Positions 49,693-63,415 of a stretch of 64,000 nucleotides of DNA are shown piece by piece (position 1 is the first letter of the stretch; every line of letters begins with the position of its first letter). Source of the stretch: the human T2T-CHM13v2.0 reference genome, Homo sapiens. The stretch is from assembly GCF_009914755.1 (NCBI RefSeq), contig NC_060945.1; one strand, written 5' to 3'. Below the pieces are notes generated by a model. The model saw only the letters and a list, made by a program, of their open reading frames with translations, did no database searches and was not told the origin of the DNA. The position numbers and the translations under genes were made by a program.

Positions 49693-50428
49693 ACAACATT
49701 TAAAGTAATAATTGGAATTATGACTCATTACTCTATAGTGGCACATAGCATGGATAAGGAGGACATTGACAAACTTCCAGGAATTTTATATAATTTCTGA
49801 AAACATAACATTTTACCCATACAAATATAACACAGGGAAGGTTAGGTATCTCTTTTTATTTGTATCTTCTGTATGGTTTTCCTTATAAAAAATGCAACCT
49901 ACTTTACTTGCGAAACATGCCCTACTTTTCTTGCATGCTTTGCATAGAGTTGTTTCTAGTTATTCTATTATTTCTAGTAGTTTTATTTACATATATTGAT
50001 TATAATTTTAATACTTAGTAATCTTTTATTTTCCAGAGAAAACTAGGAAGTAGACAGTTATAAACTGTCATATATTAGCATTCTATAGTAGGTTAGAAAA
50101 TGTATGAATATACCATCTCCCAACATCTAGAGGGATGTGTTTTCTCATAATACAATTCCTCAGTGTGGCAGAAAAAAACATGTTTATTAATGGGCCAAAA
50201 TATCTTTAGTCTCTCTGTAAAAACAGGAAGCCAAAAGTATATAAACTTGAATTATTTATGTTCAGTAATTAATGTTTTAGTATTGTATCTTATTTATAAA
50301 TGGTCTAGATATTTAATGCAAATCTTTTACTTAGCTTAACTTTAAGGTTAAAAATTACCAAAAGTACTTTGGAAACTATTCTTAGGCAGATTTACTGTAA
50401 ACAAATTATTTTTGAAATAATGTTTTTC

Positions 50429-50960
50429 GCTTTTCACAAGACGGCACCGAAAGCGAAGGAAGCTCCTGCTCCTCCTAAAGCCGAAGCCAAAGCGAAGGCC
50501 TTAAAGGCCAAGAAGGCAGTGTTGAAAGGTGTCCGCAGCCACACGCAAAAAAGAAGATCCGCATGTCACTCACCTTCAGGCGGCCCAAGACACTGCGACT
50601 CCGGAGGCAGCCCAGATATCCTCGGAAGAGCACCCCCAGGAGAAACAAGCTTGGCCACTATGCTATCATCAAGTTTCCGCTGACCACTGAGTCGGCCGTG
50701 AAGAAGATAGAAGAAAACAACACGCTTGTGTTCACTGTGGATGTTAAAGCCAACAAGCACCAGATCAGACAGGCTGTGAAGAAGCTCTATGACAGTGATG
50801 TGGCCAAGGTCACCACCCTGATTTGTCCTGATAAAGAGAAGGCATATGTTCGACTTGCTCCTGATTATGATGCTTTCGATGTTGTAACAAAATTGGGATC
50901 ACCTAAACTGAGTCCAGCTGGCTAACTCTAAATATATGTGTATCTTTTCAGCATAAAAAA
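50429..50960 (+). pseudogene. RPL23AP4: RPL23A processed pseudogene
   Basis: Encodes [30 protein letters not shown] and, after a frameshift, [20 protein letters not shown]...[14 protein letters not shown] is mutated to ACG at 50441. Short poly(A); 14-bp TSD AAATAATGTTTTTC at 50415-50428 and 50960-50973. The P4 number is assigned from the 21q location. Confidence 0.93.
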
Positions 50961-51411
50961 AATAATGTTTTTCATAAGAATGACAACTTAATTAGAATCA
51001 AATCTATAAGCTTTAAGATTTTACGTTTCTAGTAAGTATAATATTAGCTTATTTGACTAGAACTCAAGCAGAATAGGAATTTATGCTTGTTTTATATTCA
51101 ATAATGATAATTTTGAAGATATAGTTGTTTTATTACACCAAAAATACTATATTAATCTTATTTAACTAAGTTTTATCCAAATCATGTTAACTTAAGAAAC
51201 ATTTGATCAGTTCCTATATTTCTAGGAGTTTGGTGAATATTTATTTATAAATGCTTATTTTTTTCCAAGCCAAGTTAGAATAGAGCACTTTTAGAGGATT
51301 TCATAAATGAATTTTGCAATGCTCTCTGGAGTTAAGAAAATATCACATATACATAACATACATTAATAGATACACAAACACAAATAGAGATTTCATAGCT
51401 TTCATCCTGAA

Positions 51412-52344
51412 ATTTCAGCCATGAATCAGGCATAAATATTCTGATGGTTAATTTCAGACATCTACTTGATCGGATTGAGAGACACACATAGCTGGTCAAA
51501 CACGATTTCAGCCATGAATCAGGCATAAATATTCTGATGGTTAATTTTAGACATCTACTTGACTGGATTAAGAGACACACATAGCTGGTCAAACATGATT
51601 TCAGCCATGAATCAGGCATAAATATTCTGATGGTTAATTTTAGATATCTACTTGAGTGGATTAAGAGACACACATAGCTGGTCAAACACAATTTCAGCCA
51701 TGAATCAGGCATAAATATTCTGACGGTTAATTTTAGACATCTACTTGATCGGATTGAGAGACACACATAGCTGGTCAAACACGATTTCAGCCATGAATCA
51801 GGCATAAATATTCTGATGGTTAATTTTAGACATCTACTTGAGTGGATTGAGAGACACACATAGCTGGTCAAACACAATTTCAGCCATGAATCAGGCATAA
51901 ATATTCTGATGGTTAATTTTAGACATCTACTTGAGTGGATTGAGAGACACACATAGCTGGTCAAACAATTTCAGCCATGAATCAGGCATAAATATTCTGA
52001 CGGTTAATTTTAGACATCAACTTGACTGGATTAAGGGACACACATAGCTGGTCAAACACGATTTCAGCCATGAATCAGGCATAAATATTCTGATGGTTAA
52101 TCGTAGACATCTACTTGACTGGATTGAGAGACACACATAGCTGGTCAAACACGATTTCAGCCATGAATCAGGCATAAATATTCTGATGGTTAATCGTAGA
52201 CGTCTACTTGACTGGATTGAGAGACACACATAGCTGGTCAAACACGATTTCAGCCATGAATCAGGCATAAATATTCTGATGGTTAATCGTAGACGTCTAC
52301 TTGACTGGATTGAGAGACACACACAGCTGGTCAAACACGATTTC
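51412..52344. repeat. 93-bp minisatellite (VNTR), 10 copies
   Basis: Unit atttcagccatgaatcaggcataaatattctgatggttaattttagacatctacttgactggattgagagacacacatagctggtcaaacacg; one copy lacks 2 bp; gives the 31-aa periodic ORFs in the track. Confidence 0.97.
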
Positions 52345-52410
52345 TGGGCATATCTATGAGGGTGTTTCTGGAAGACACTGAGATAACCATGACCCAATGT
52401 GGATGGGCAC

Positions 52411-52772
52411 TGATATGGTTTGGCTGTGTCCCCACCCAGATCTCATCTTGAATTGTAGTTCCTGTAATACCTACATGTCGTGGGAGGGACCCAATGGGAG
52501 GTGACTGAATCATGGTGGTGGTTACCGCCATGCTGTTCTCATGACAGTGAGTGAGTTCTCATGATCTGATGGTTTTATAAGGGGCTTTTCCCCTTTGGCT
52601 CAGCACTTCTTGTTGCTGCCATGTGAAGAGGGATAGCTTTGCTTCCCCTTCTGCCATGATTGTGAGGCCCCTGCAGCCATGTGGAACTGTCAGCCCATTA
52701 AACCCCTTTGTTCTTTATAAATTGCTCAGACTCAGGTATTTCTTCATAGCTGTATAAAAATGGATGAATACA
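52411..52772 (+). mobile_element. THE1 (MaLR) solo LTR nested in an MLT2 LTR that runs to about 53125
   Basis: tgatatggtttggctgtgtccccaccc...gaataca with a ggca(c/g) 5-bp TSD; MLT2-like sequence on both sides. Confidence 0.85.
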
Positions 52773-54206
52773 GGCAGCATCCAATTGGTTGAGAGCCCAG
52801 ATAGAATAACAAGGAAGAGGAAAGGTGAATTATCTCCTTCTGAAATGGAAACATCCTTCTTCTCCTGCCCTTGACATCAGAACTTCAGGGTCTCAGACCT
52901 TTGGCCTCAGAATCAGAGTTACACCATTGGCTTCCCCGATTCTGAGTCCTTTGTATCTGGAGTGAGCCATGCTACCAGCTTTCCTGGTTCTCCAACTTGG
53001 AGACAGGCTATTGTGGAACTTCTCAGCCTCCATAATTATGTGAACCAGTTCCCCTAATGAATCTTCTCTCATCTGTCTACATATATCCTATTGATTCTGC
53101 CTTTCTGGAGACCCCTGACTAATGTGATTACAATAACTACACAATTCACTAGTTTATATAGAAGACTTGGTTTTTGTCTTTGCCCCATTTTATATTTGTA
53201 TTATAACTATGTATCTGGAAAATGGAACAAGTTTTTTCTTCTTCATATGAGGGCTAAGGCCTTTTTCTCACCAATATTTTTGGAGATTTTAAAGATTTTC
53301 TTTTTTTTTGACATAGAATCTTATGGAGGCTGAGAAATAATTTTTTTTCTATTTTATTCTTCAGCCCCAGGTGTTTGCTTTTGCAGATTCTTGAGCACAT
53401 TGAGAGCCTCCAAGGCATGGAGTGGGGTGCCTGAAGTTTCAGTGATTATAGGGAGTTGAGAGACTCAACTGGGAAAGGAAAGGTCTAAAAGGAGGCAATT
53501 TGGAAGATAAAAATTTTCTCAAAGGAGCCATTAAAGTTGTAAATAATTCTTAGTAAAGTCATGCAAACAGGAAAAGAAGTAGAATTAGTTCCATATTGGT
53601 GGAACACATAGTCAGCAGAGGTTTGAGAAGGGAGAATTTAGTGAAGTGAGAAGTTCCCATGAAAGCAGCAAGATCAAGATCACAGACACCTTGAAACAAA
53701 AAGCCAGGAATAACTTCCAACCCAAGAGGAGAACAGAGAGGCCTCAAAACCAAAGGTAGGATAAGAAACTTGTAGCCCAAGAGTTATCTTCCAGACAAAG
53801 AAGCCTGAGATTCCAACGCAGCTTCAGAGAGTGCTCACTCAAAATGTTACTGAAACTGTAGGCTTTTTAATGACTTAGCCATGCCTGCAAAAGGCATTCC
53901 CTAAGGTGGCACAGAAGACGGAGCCCCCATATCCAAAGATAGCCAAGGAGAAAGAAAGACCCCTGTTGCCAGAGCCAGTGGGCAAAGGCAACAGAAAAGG
54001 AGACAAGGGTCCTAATGGGATGAGATCCTTTCGGATTTAGGCTTTTATACAAACTCCTGAGAACTGGCAGGTTGACAGCCATAAATGGGGTACCAAACTT
54101 TCTACTCATTGGATTACAAGTTCTCAGGCATCCAGAATGATTAACAAAATGACAATTTCTAGGGCTTCTGTGGGAGAGTATGGAAAGGTCTTTTTGAACC
54201 TTTTAA

Positions 54207-54598
<392 letters not shown>

Positions 54599-57018
54599 TA
54601 GCCTGCAGGGTTGTCCTTCTGACAGGCTGGGAAGCATAGCCTCCAGCCAGAAGCCAGAAACAGATGCTTCAAGGAGGAGGTAAAGGAAATAGCAACTTAT
54701 GCTGAGTGGAATGGCCAAATAGATTTATTTAATAAGCTCTAGGAGGAGTCATGAATATTTATGGAAGGAGAAATGCATGCACGCACAATTGAGTTTCTTG
54801 CTTCTTCATGGGTCCCATGTACAAAAAATGGCAGTGTTAGCATGATCCCAGGGTGGAGTTTTCAGCCCTCTGACATTAAAAGGTGAAGCAGAGGACATGA
54901 AAACTTGCTCTGTGCATCCTCTGTACACTGGCCAGAACCTCTCCATCGTGGGTGGTCTCTTATCAGGCAAGAAAGGAGAGGTTGATATCAGTGGTGGAGG
55001 CTTTGAAAGGGCTGGTTTCTGTTAAATCCTTAGGGAAGAAAGCCTCATCATGGTTAGCAAAGGAGGGGGTATAACGATGTGTATCTTAACCCCATCATCC
55101 CATCCTAGCAAAGCTGAGAACTCAGTTTTGAAAGTTACTCTGGGGTCCCCTCAGCCAAGAGTGGGTCTGTTCAGTCAGTTGGGAGCTTAGAATTTAATTT
55201 TCATTTATCAATGCTAATGGGAAAGAGTACGCTGTCTTCATGGCAGCTGAATTTGCAAGAAACTCCTTGGATGGGGTTAATGGCAGCTGTATTTTTCTGG
55301 GAGCTGTGCTTTAATTGGATAAAGTAAGCTCTGGTAAGATTTCTTCATCTTCAGTATCTCAAATGTTTTCATTTAAATAATCTTTATAACAACTTTTGAT
55401 GTCTGAGTGGATTCCCACACAGTCATCTATTGTAAGACTTTCTGATTCCTTTTTTTTCCTTTGGTCATTATGAATAGGGCTTCTGTAAATAACTGCATGG
55501 TAGCTTTTGATGGGAAATAACATCAAAGTAGTTGTCAAAATACCTAGGAATGTTATTTTTGGATTGTAAGGTGAGACTTGTTTAGCTTTGGAAAAAAATG
55601 CCCAACTTGTAATAGGGGAGGAAAAATAATTTTCTGTTTTTGGAATTCTTAGATGGAACGCTCTGTAAAAACTGACAGATTAAAATGAGAAAAAGAGAAA
55701 AGTTTAAAAACATGTATATCTTATGGTTACATGGGAGATACTCAGGGAAAAATGAGTAAATCTCCAACAGGTGGCTTTCAATTCAAGCATAAATACTATC
55801 TTCAACTTAAAGAAAGAAGATTTGAGGTGCAGTAGTGGGGAGTTAACCAGCAAAAGCACATTAGACAAGAGTAAGGTACGTTATACAGACTTAAGTCCAT
55901 GCATTCTCCATTGATAAGACTCTTCAGTGATTTAGTTATCCTTCTCTTCTTGGTGTCGAGAGAGGTAGCTTTTAAATGGTGATTTCCTTTATAGATGTAA
56001 ATTTTCCTTACACAAGTAACTTCTACTCTATTTTCACAACTTCCTTTGTTAGCATTTTTTTTTTCAAAATAATTAGCTTGGAATAATTCTTAAGCCAAAG
56101 GGACATATTTTGGGGTTGCATATTCTGGTTTCCTACCATTATATTTTGGGGTGGCATAGTTTGGTCTTATACACTGTGTTCCACTGGCAATGAAAAGAGT
56201 TCTTGTTTTTCCTCCAGCAATTTGTCATTTGTTAAAGAGCTTAGCAGTTCTAAGAGATATAGACCAGCTGTGCTATCTTTTTGTGGTTTTCAGTTCTCTA
56301 GTATGTTGAGCATCTTTTTGTAAGTGTACTTGCCATCTGTAGATCTTCTTTGGTGAAGTGTCTGTTCAGATCTGTGTGCATTTTTAATTGGGTTGTTTAA
56401 CTTATTGTTTAGTTTTAACAATTTTTTATATATTTTGAATACAAATTCTCAGATCTGTATTTTGCAAATATTTTCTTCAATATGTGGCTTGTCTTTTTGT
56501 TCTCTTGACAAGGTCTCTTCCAGAGTATAAACTGTAAATATTAAGAAATCCACATTGTCATTTCTTCTGTGTATATCAACCTTCTGTGTCATTTGTTAAA
56601 ATTCATTACCAAACGCAAAGGCACACAGCTTTTCCTCTATAGTTTCTTCTAGAAATTGTATAGTTTTGCATTTTTAGTGTAAGGATGATTTTGAGTGATT
56701 ATTTGTGTAAGTTGTAAAGTTTTCATCTACATGCATATCATTTCTTATGGTTTCCAATTAATCATTCCCTCACTATTTTTGGGAAAGACACAGGATAGTG
56801 GGCTCTGTTAGAGTAGATAGCTAGCTAGACATGAACAGGAGGGGGAGCTCCTGGAAAAGGGAAAGTCTGTGAAGGCTCACCTGGAGGGACCACCAAAAAT
56901 GCACATATTAGTAGCATCTCTAGTGCTGGAGTGGATGGGCACTTGTCAATTGTGGTTAGGAGGGAGAAGAGGTACCTACGCAGAAACACCCTAGAACTTC
57001 TCTTAAGGTGCCCCAATC

Positions 57019-57324
<306 letters not shown>

Positions 57325-57959
57325 AAGATGCCCCAATCATCATTCACTCTGCAATAAAAATGTCAGAATATTGCTAGCTACATGCTGATAAGAAGGACAA
57401 AGGGGACATTTTTAAGAGAAACCTGGCACCATAAGTACAGATTAGGGCAGAGAAAGACATTCAAAAGAGGCAGCTGCAGTAGATACAAACGTGACCGCTG
57501 TCAGCCTGCCTGGTATGGCGGGAAGGAGGCTGGTGCCAGAGTGGATTCGGATTGATCACCACACATGTACCTCAATCAACAGTGAGGAGGTCCCACAAGG
57601 CTAAGTGGGGCAAGTCGGGGACCTATGGCAGTAGCAGGAAAACGAAAGAAAACAGGCGGAGACTTGAGACAGAGGCAGGAATGTGAAGAAGTCCAAAATA
57701 AAAATCCCTGCACAGGACTCTTAGGCTGTTTTCATGCACTATCAGCCTACTCCTCCCTATTTTTGTACCATAAGCTCTTTACTCTGTATTTCTTTTCAAT
57801 GAAGTTATCTTCCATCTTTGTACTGCCTCTTGGTGAAAAGCTGTCTTCCAAGTTAATAACTGGGACATCAGCTCTCCGCAGTAATAGCTCCTTTTCAGTT
57901 TTAATTTACAGAACTGATGGGGATTAATAACTGGCGCTCTGACTTTAAGTGGTGCAGGA

Positions 57960-58340
57960 GGTGGCCAGTAGGGGACGGCAGCCGTCACACCGGGAGCAAG
58001 AGGGCCCTGCGTAGTCCCCATGTGCCTGCATGTGGCGTGCAGCCACGACAATGCCAGCAAGAGGGCCCGGCACTGTGCCCAGCTGCCAGCAGGCGGGTGT
58101 GCTGCCACTACAATGTGAGGAAGAGGGCTCTGCAATGTCCCTAGCTGCCAGCAGGCGGCGTGCCACCACTATACTGCGAGCAAGAGAGCCCTGCCGTGCC
58201 CCGGCGCTAGCAGGGGGCGGTGGACACCACTGTAAACAAGAGGGCCCTGCAGTTGTCCTAGTCGCCAGTAGGGGGCGCAATGGCAGAGCACCGTGGGCAA
58301 GCTGGTCCTGTAGTGCCCGGCTGCAAGCAGGGGGCGCCCA
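57960..58340 (+). promoter_or_regulatory. Cluster of CTCF-like motifs in the ~61-bp repeats
   Basis: gccagtagggggcgc (about 58264), gcaagcagggggcgcc (about 58323) and gctagcagggggcgg, all matching CCASYAGRKGGCRS in the same orientation. Confidence 0.75.
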
Positions 58341-58623
58341 AAACGGGCTTTTCAGATTACTCAGGTTCCACTCGTCTCTGCGCCGCCGGGGACGTGTGTC
58401 TCTGCGCCGCCGGGGACGTGTGTCTCTGCGCGTGCACCGCGCCACCCCCGCGCTCCCCGCCCGGCGGCGCGCGACTGTGCGACTGCAACACTCCCCGCCA
58501 CCCTCAACCGAGCGACGTGCGTCTCTGCGCCTGCGCCGCGCCTCACTCCCGCCCGCCCAGCGACCCCTCCCCTCCGGGGAGGCGCCGGCGTGCGTCTATG
58601 CCCTGCGCCGCGTCTCCCCAACA

Positions 58624-58916
58624 GCGCCGCGCCTCTCTGCGCCTGCGCCGGCGCGCCGCGCCTCTCTGCGCCTGCGCCGGCGCGCCGCGCCTCTCTGCGC
58701 CTGCGCCGGCGCGCCGCGCCTCTCTGCGCCTGCGCCGGCGCGCCGCGCCTCTCTGCGCCTGCGCCGGCGCGCCGCGCCTCTCTGCGCCTGCGCCGGCGCG
58801 GCGCGCCTCTCTGCGCCTGCGCCGGCGCGCCTCTCTGCGCCTGCGCCGGCGCGCCGCGCCTCTCTGCGCCTGCGCCGGCGCGCCGCGCCTCTCTGCGCCT
58901 GCGCCGGCGCGCCGCC
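58624..58916. repeat. 29-bp CpG-rich tandem array, 10 copies (one shortened to 24 bp)
   Basis: Unit ctctctgcgcctgcgccggcgcgccgcgc starting at 58633, 58662, 58691, 58720, 58749, 58778, 58807, 58831, 58860 and 58889; each carries an NRF1-like TGCGCCTGCGC. Confidence 0.96.
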
Positions 58917-59428
58917 TTTGCGAGGGCAGAGTTGCGTTCTCTTTAGCACACACCCGGAGAGCATCGCCAGGGCGGAGCTGCGTTCTTCTCTGCACAGACT
59001 TCGGGGGTATTGCGAAGGCGGAGCAGAGTTCTTCTCAGGTCAGACCTGGGCGGGCGGGCTGAGGGCACTGCGAGGGCGGAGCTGTGTTCTGTTCAGCACA
59101 GACCTGGGGGGTACCGTAAAGGCGGAGCAGCATTCTTCTCAGCACAGACGTTGGGGGTACTGCATGGCTTTGGGACAACTCGGGGCTGCATCGACGGTGA
59201 ATAAAATCTTTCCCGGTTGCTGCCCTGAATAATCAAGGTCACAGACCAGTTAGAATGGTTTAGTGTGGAAAGCGGGAAACGAAAAGCCTCTGTGAATCCT
59301 GCGCACCGAGATTCTCCCAAGGCAAGGCGAGGGGCTGTATTGCAGGGTTCAACTGCAGCGTCGCAACTCAAATGCAGCATTCCTAATGCACACATGACAC
59401 CCAAAATATAACAGACATATTACTCATG

Positions 59429-59892
59429 GAGGGTGAGGGTGAGGGTGAGGGTTAGGGTTCTGGTTCGGGTTCTGGTTCGGGGTTAGGGGTTAGGGTTCTG
59501 CTTCGGGTTCTGGTTCGGGGTTAGGGGTTAGGGTTAGGGTTAGGGTTAGGGTTAGGGTTTAGGGTTTAGCGGTTAGGGTTGGGGTTGGCGTTGGGGTAGG
59601 GGTTGGGGTTGGGGTAGGGGTAGGGGTTGGGGTTGGGGTAGGGGTAGGGGTAGGGTTAGGGTTAGGGTTAGGGTTAGGGGTTAGGGTTAGGGGTTAGGGG
59701 TTAGGGGTTAGGGTTAGGGTTAGGGTTAAGGGTTAGGGTTAGGGTTAGGGTTAAGGGTTAGGGTTAGGGTTAGGGTTAGGGGTTAGGGTTAGGGGTTAGG
59801 GTTAGGGTTAGGGTTAGGGGTTAGGGGTTAGGGTTAGGGTTAGGGTTAGGGTTAGCGTTAGGGTTAGGGTTAGGGTTAGGGTTAGGGTTGGG

Positions 59893-59933
<41 letters not shown>

Positions 59934-60386
59934 GGTTAGGGTTAGGGTTAGGGTTAGGGTTAAGGGTAAGGGTAAGGGTTAGGGTTAGGGTTAGGGTTAG
60001 GGTTAGGGGTTAGGGTTAGGGGTTAGGGTTAGGGTTAGGGTTAAGGGTTAGGGTTAGGGTTAGGGTTAGGGGTTAGGGGTTAGGGGTTAGGGGTTAGGGT
60101 TGGGGTTGGGGTTGGGGTTGGGGTAGGGGTTAGGGGTTAGGGTTAGGGTTAGGGTTAGGGTTAGGGTTGGGTTAGGGTTAGGGTTAGGGTTAGGTTAGGG
60201 TTAGGGTTAGGGTTAAGGGTTAGGGTTGGGGTTGGGGTTGGGGTTGGGGTTGGGGTTGGGGTTGGGGTTAGGGTTAGGGTTAGGGGTTAGGGGTTAGGGG
60301 TTAGGGTTGGGGTTGGGGTTAGGGTTAGGGTTAGGGTTAGGGTTAGGGTTAGGGTTAAGGGTTAAGGGTTAGGGTTAGGGTTAGGG

Positions 60387-60427
<41 letters not shown>

Positions 60428-61432
60428 GGTTAGGGTTAGGGTTAGGGGTTAGGGGTTAGGGTTAGGGTTAGGGTTAGGGTTAGGTTTAGGGTTTAGGGTT
60501 TAGGGTTTAGGGTTAGGGTTAGGGTTAGGGTTAGGGTTAGGGTTAGGGTTAGGGTTAGGGTTAGGTTTAGGGTTTAGGTTTAGGGTTTAGGTTTAGGGTT
60601 AGGGTTAGGGTTAGGGTTAGGGTTAGGGTTAGGGTTAGGGTTAGGGTTAGGGTTAGGGTTAGGGTTAGGGTTGGGTTAGGGTTAGGGTTAGGGTTAGGGT
60701 TAGGGTTAGGGTTAGGGTTAGGGGTTAGGGTTAGGGTTAGGGTTAGGGTTAGGGTTAGGGTTAGGGTTAGGGTTAGGGTTAGGGTTAGGGTTAGGGTTAG
60801 GGTTAGGGTTAGGGTTAGGGTTAGGGTTAGGGTTAGGGTTAGGGTTAGGGTTAGGGTTAGGGTTAGGGTTAGGGTTAGGGTTAGGGTTAGGGTTAGGGTT
60901 AGGGTTAGGGTTAGGGTTAGGGTTAGGGTTAGGGTTAGGGTTAGGGTTAGGGTTAGGGTTAGGGTTAGGGTTAGGGTTAGGGTTAGGGTTAGGGTTAGGG
61001 TTAGGGTTAGGGTTAGGGTTAGGGTTAGGGTTAGGGTTAGGGTTAGGGTTAGGGTTAGGGTTAGGGTTAGGGTTAGGGTTAGGGTTAGGGTTAGGGTTAG
61101 GGTTAGGGTTAGGGTTAGGGTTAGGGTTAGGGTTAGGGTTAGGGTTAGGGTTAGGGTTAGGGTTAGGGTTAGGGTTAGGGTTAGGGTTAGGGTTAGGGTT
61201 AGGGTTAGGGTTAGGGTTAGGGTTAGGGTTAGGGTTAGGGTTAGGGTTAGGGTTAGGGTTAGGGTTAGGGTTAGGGTTAGGGTTAGGGTTAGGGTTAGGG
61301 TTAGGGTTAGGGTTAGGGTTAGGGTTAGGGTTAGGGTTAGGGTTAGGGTTAGGGTTAGGGTTAGGGTTAGGGTTAGGGTTAGGGTTAGGGTTAGGGTTAG
61401 GGTTAGGGTTAGGGTTAGGGTTAGGGTTAGGG

Positions 61433-61473
<41 letters not shown>

Positions 61474-61565
61474 GGTTAGGGTTAGGGTTAGGGTTAGGGT
61501 TAGGGTTAGGGTTAGGGTTAGGGTTAGGGTTAGGGTTAGGGTTAGGGTTAGGGTTAGGGTTAGGG

Positions 61566-61606
<41 letters not shown>

Positions 61607-63374
61607 GGTTAGGGTTAGGGTTAGGGTTAGGGTTAGGGTTAGGGTTAGGGTTAGGGTTAGGGTTAGGGTTAGGGTTAGGGTTAGGGTTAGGGTTAGGGTT
61701 AGGGTTAGGGTTAGGGTTAGGGTTAGGGTTAGGGTTAGGGTTAGGGTTAGGGTTAGGGTTAGGGTTAGGGTTAGGGTTAGGGTTAGGGTTAGGGTTAGGG
61801 TTAGGGTTAGGGTTAGGGTTAGGGTTAGGGTTAGGGTTAGGGTTAGGGTTAGGGTTAGGGTTAGGGTTAGGGTTAGGGTTAGGGTTAGGGTTAGGGTTAG
61901 GGTTAGGGTTAGGGTTAGGGTTAGGGTTAGGGTTAGGGTTAGGGTTAGGGTTAGGGTTAGGGTTAGGGTTAGGGTTAGGGTTAGGGTTAGGGTTAGGGTT
62001 AGGGTTAGGGTTAGGGTTAGGGTTAGGGTTAGGGTTAGGGTTAGGGTTAGGGTTAGGGTTAGGGTTAGGGTTAGGGTTAGGGTTAGGGTTAGGGTTAGGG
62101 TTAGGGTTAGGGTTAGGGTTAGGGTTAGGGTTAGGGTTAGGGTTAGGGTTAGGGTTAGGGTTAGGGTTAGGGTTAGGGTTAGGGTTAGGGTTAGGGTTAG
62201 GGTTAGGGTTAGGGTTAGGGTTAGGGTTAGGGTTAGGGTTAGGGTTAGGGTTAGGGTTAGGGTTAGGGTTAGGGTTAGGGTTAGGGTTAGGGTTAGGGTT
62301 AGGGTTAGGGTTAGGTTAGGGTTAGGGTTAGGGTTAGGGTTAGGGTTAGGGTTAGGGTTAGGGTTAGGGTTAGGGTTAGGGTTAGGGTTAGGGTTAGGGT
62401 TAGGGTTAGGGTTAGGGTTAGGGTTAGGGTTAGGGTTAGGGTTAGGGTTAGGGTTAGGGTTAGGGTTAGGGTTAGGGTTAGGGTTAGGGTTAGGGTTAGG
62501 GTTAGGGTTAGGGTTAGGGTTAGGGTTAGGGTTAGGGTTAGGGTTAGGGTTAGGGTTAGGGTTAGGGTTAGGGTTAGGGTTAGGGTTAGGGTTAGGGTTA
62601 GGGTTAGGGTTAGGGTTAGGGTTAGGGTTAGGGTTAGGGTTAGGGTTAGGGTTAGGGTTAGGGTTAGGGTTAGGGTTAGGGGTTAGGGTTAGGGTTAGGG
62701 TTAGGGTTAGGGTTAGGGTTAGGGTTAGGGTTAGGGTTAGGGTTAGGGGTTAGGGTTAGGGTTAGGGTTAGGGTTAGGGTTAGGGTTAGGGTTAGGGTTA
62801 GGGTTAGGGTTAGGGTTAGGGTTAGGGTTAGGGTTAGGGTTAGGGTTAGGGTTAGGGTTAGGGTTAGGGTTAGGGTTAGGGTTAGGGTTAGGGTTAGGGT
62901 TAGGGTTAGGGTTAGGGTTAGGGTTAGGGTTGGTTAGGGTTAGGGTTAGGGTTAGGGTTAGGGTTAGGGTTAGGGTTAGGGTTAGGGTTAGGGTTAGGGT
63001 TAGGGTTAGGGTTAGGGTTAGGGTTAGGGTTAGGGTTAGGGTTAGGGTAGGGTTAGGGTTAGGGTTAGGGTTAGGGTTAGGGTTAGGGTTAGGGTTAGGG
63101 TTAGGGTTAGGGTAGGTTAGGGTTAGGGTTAGGGTTAGGGTTAGGGTTAGGGTTAGGGTTAGGGTTAGGGTTAGGGTTAGGGTTAGGGTTAGGGTTGGTA
63201 GGGTTAGGGTTAGGGTTAGGGTTAGGGTTAGGGTTAGGGTTAGGGTTAGGGTTAGGGTTAGGGTTAGGGTTAGGGTTAGGGTTAGGGTTAGGGTTAGGGT
63301 TAGGGTTAGGGTTAGGGTTAGGAGGGTTAGGGTTAGGGTTAGGGTTAGGGTTAGGGTTAGGGTTAGGGTTAGGG

Positions 63375-63415
<41 letters not shown>

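Larger units (their letters stand above)
57940..59428. repeat. TAR1 telomere-associated repeat and subtelomeric CpG island (TERRA promoter type)
   Basis: About 61-bp degenerate repeats (57990-58340), a 29-bp array and about 46-bp degenerate repeats (58920-59165), directly adjoining the telomere. Confidence 0.93.

Noticed and set aside
51332-52397. ORFs with a 31-aa repeat, and a CRISPR-like look
   Set aside because: This is a 93-bp VNTR. The units are contiguous with no unique spacers, and the DNA is human.
58030-59232. 400-aa and 260-aa Arg/Ala-rich ORFs
   Set aside because: They arise from stop-poor GC-rich TAR1 repeats that are open in several frames on both strands.
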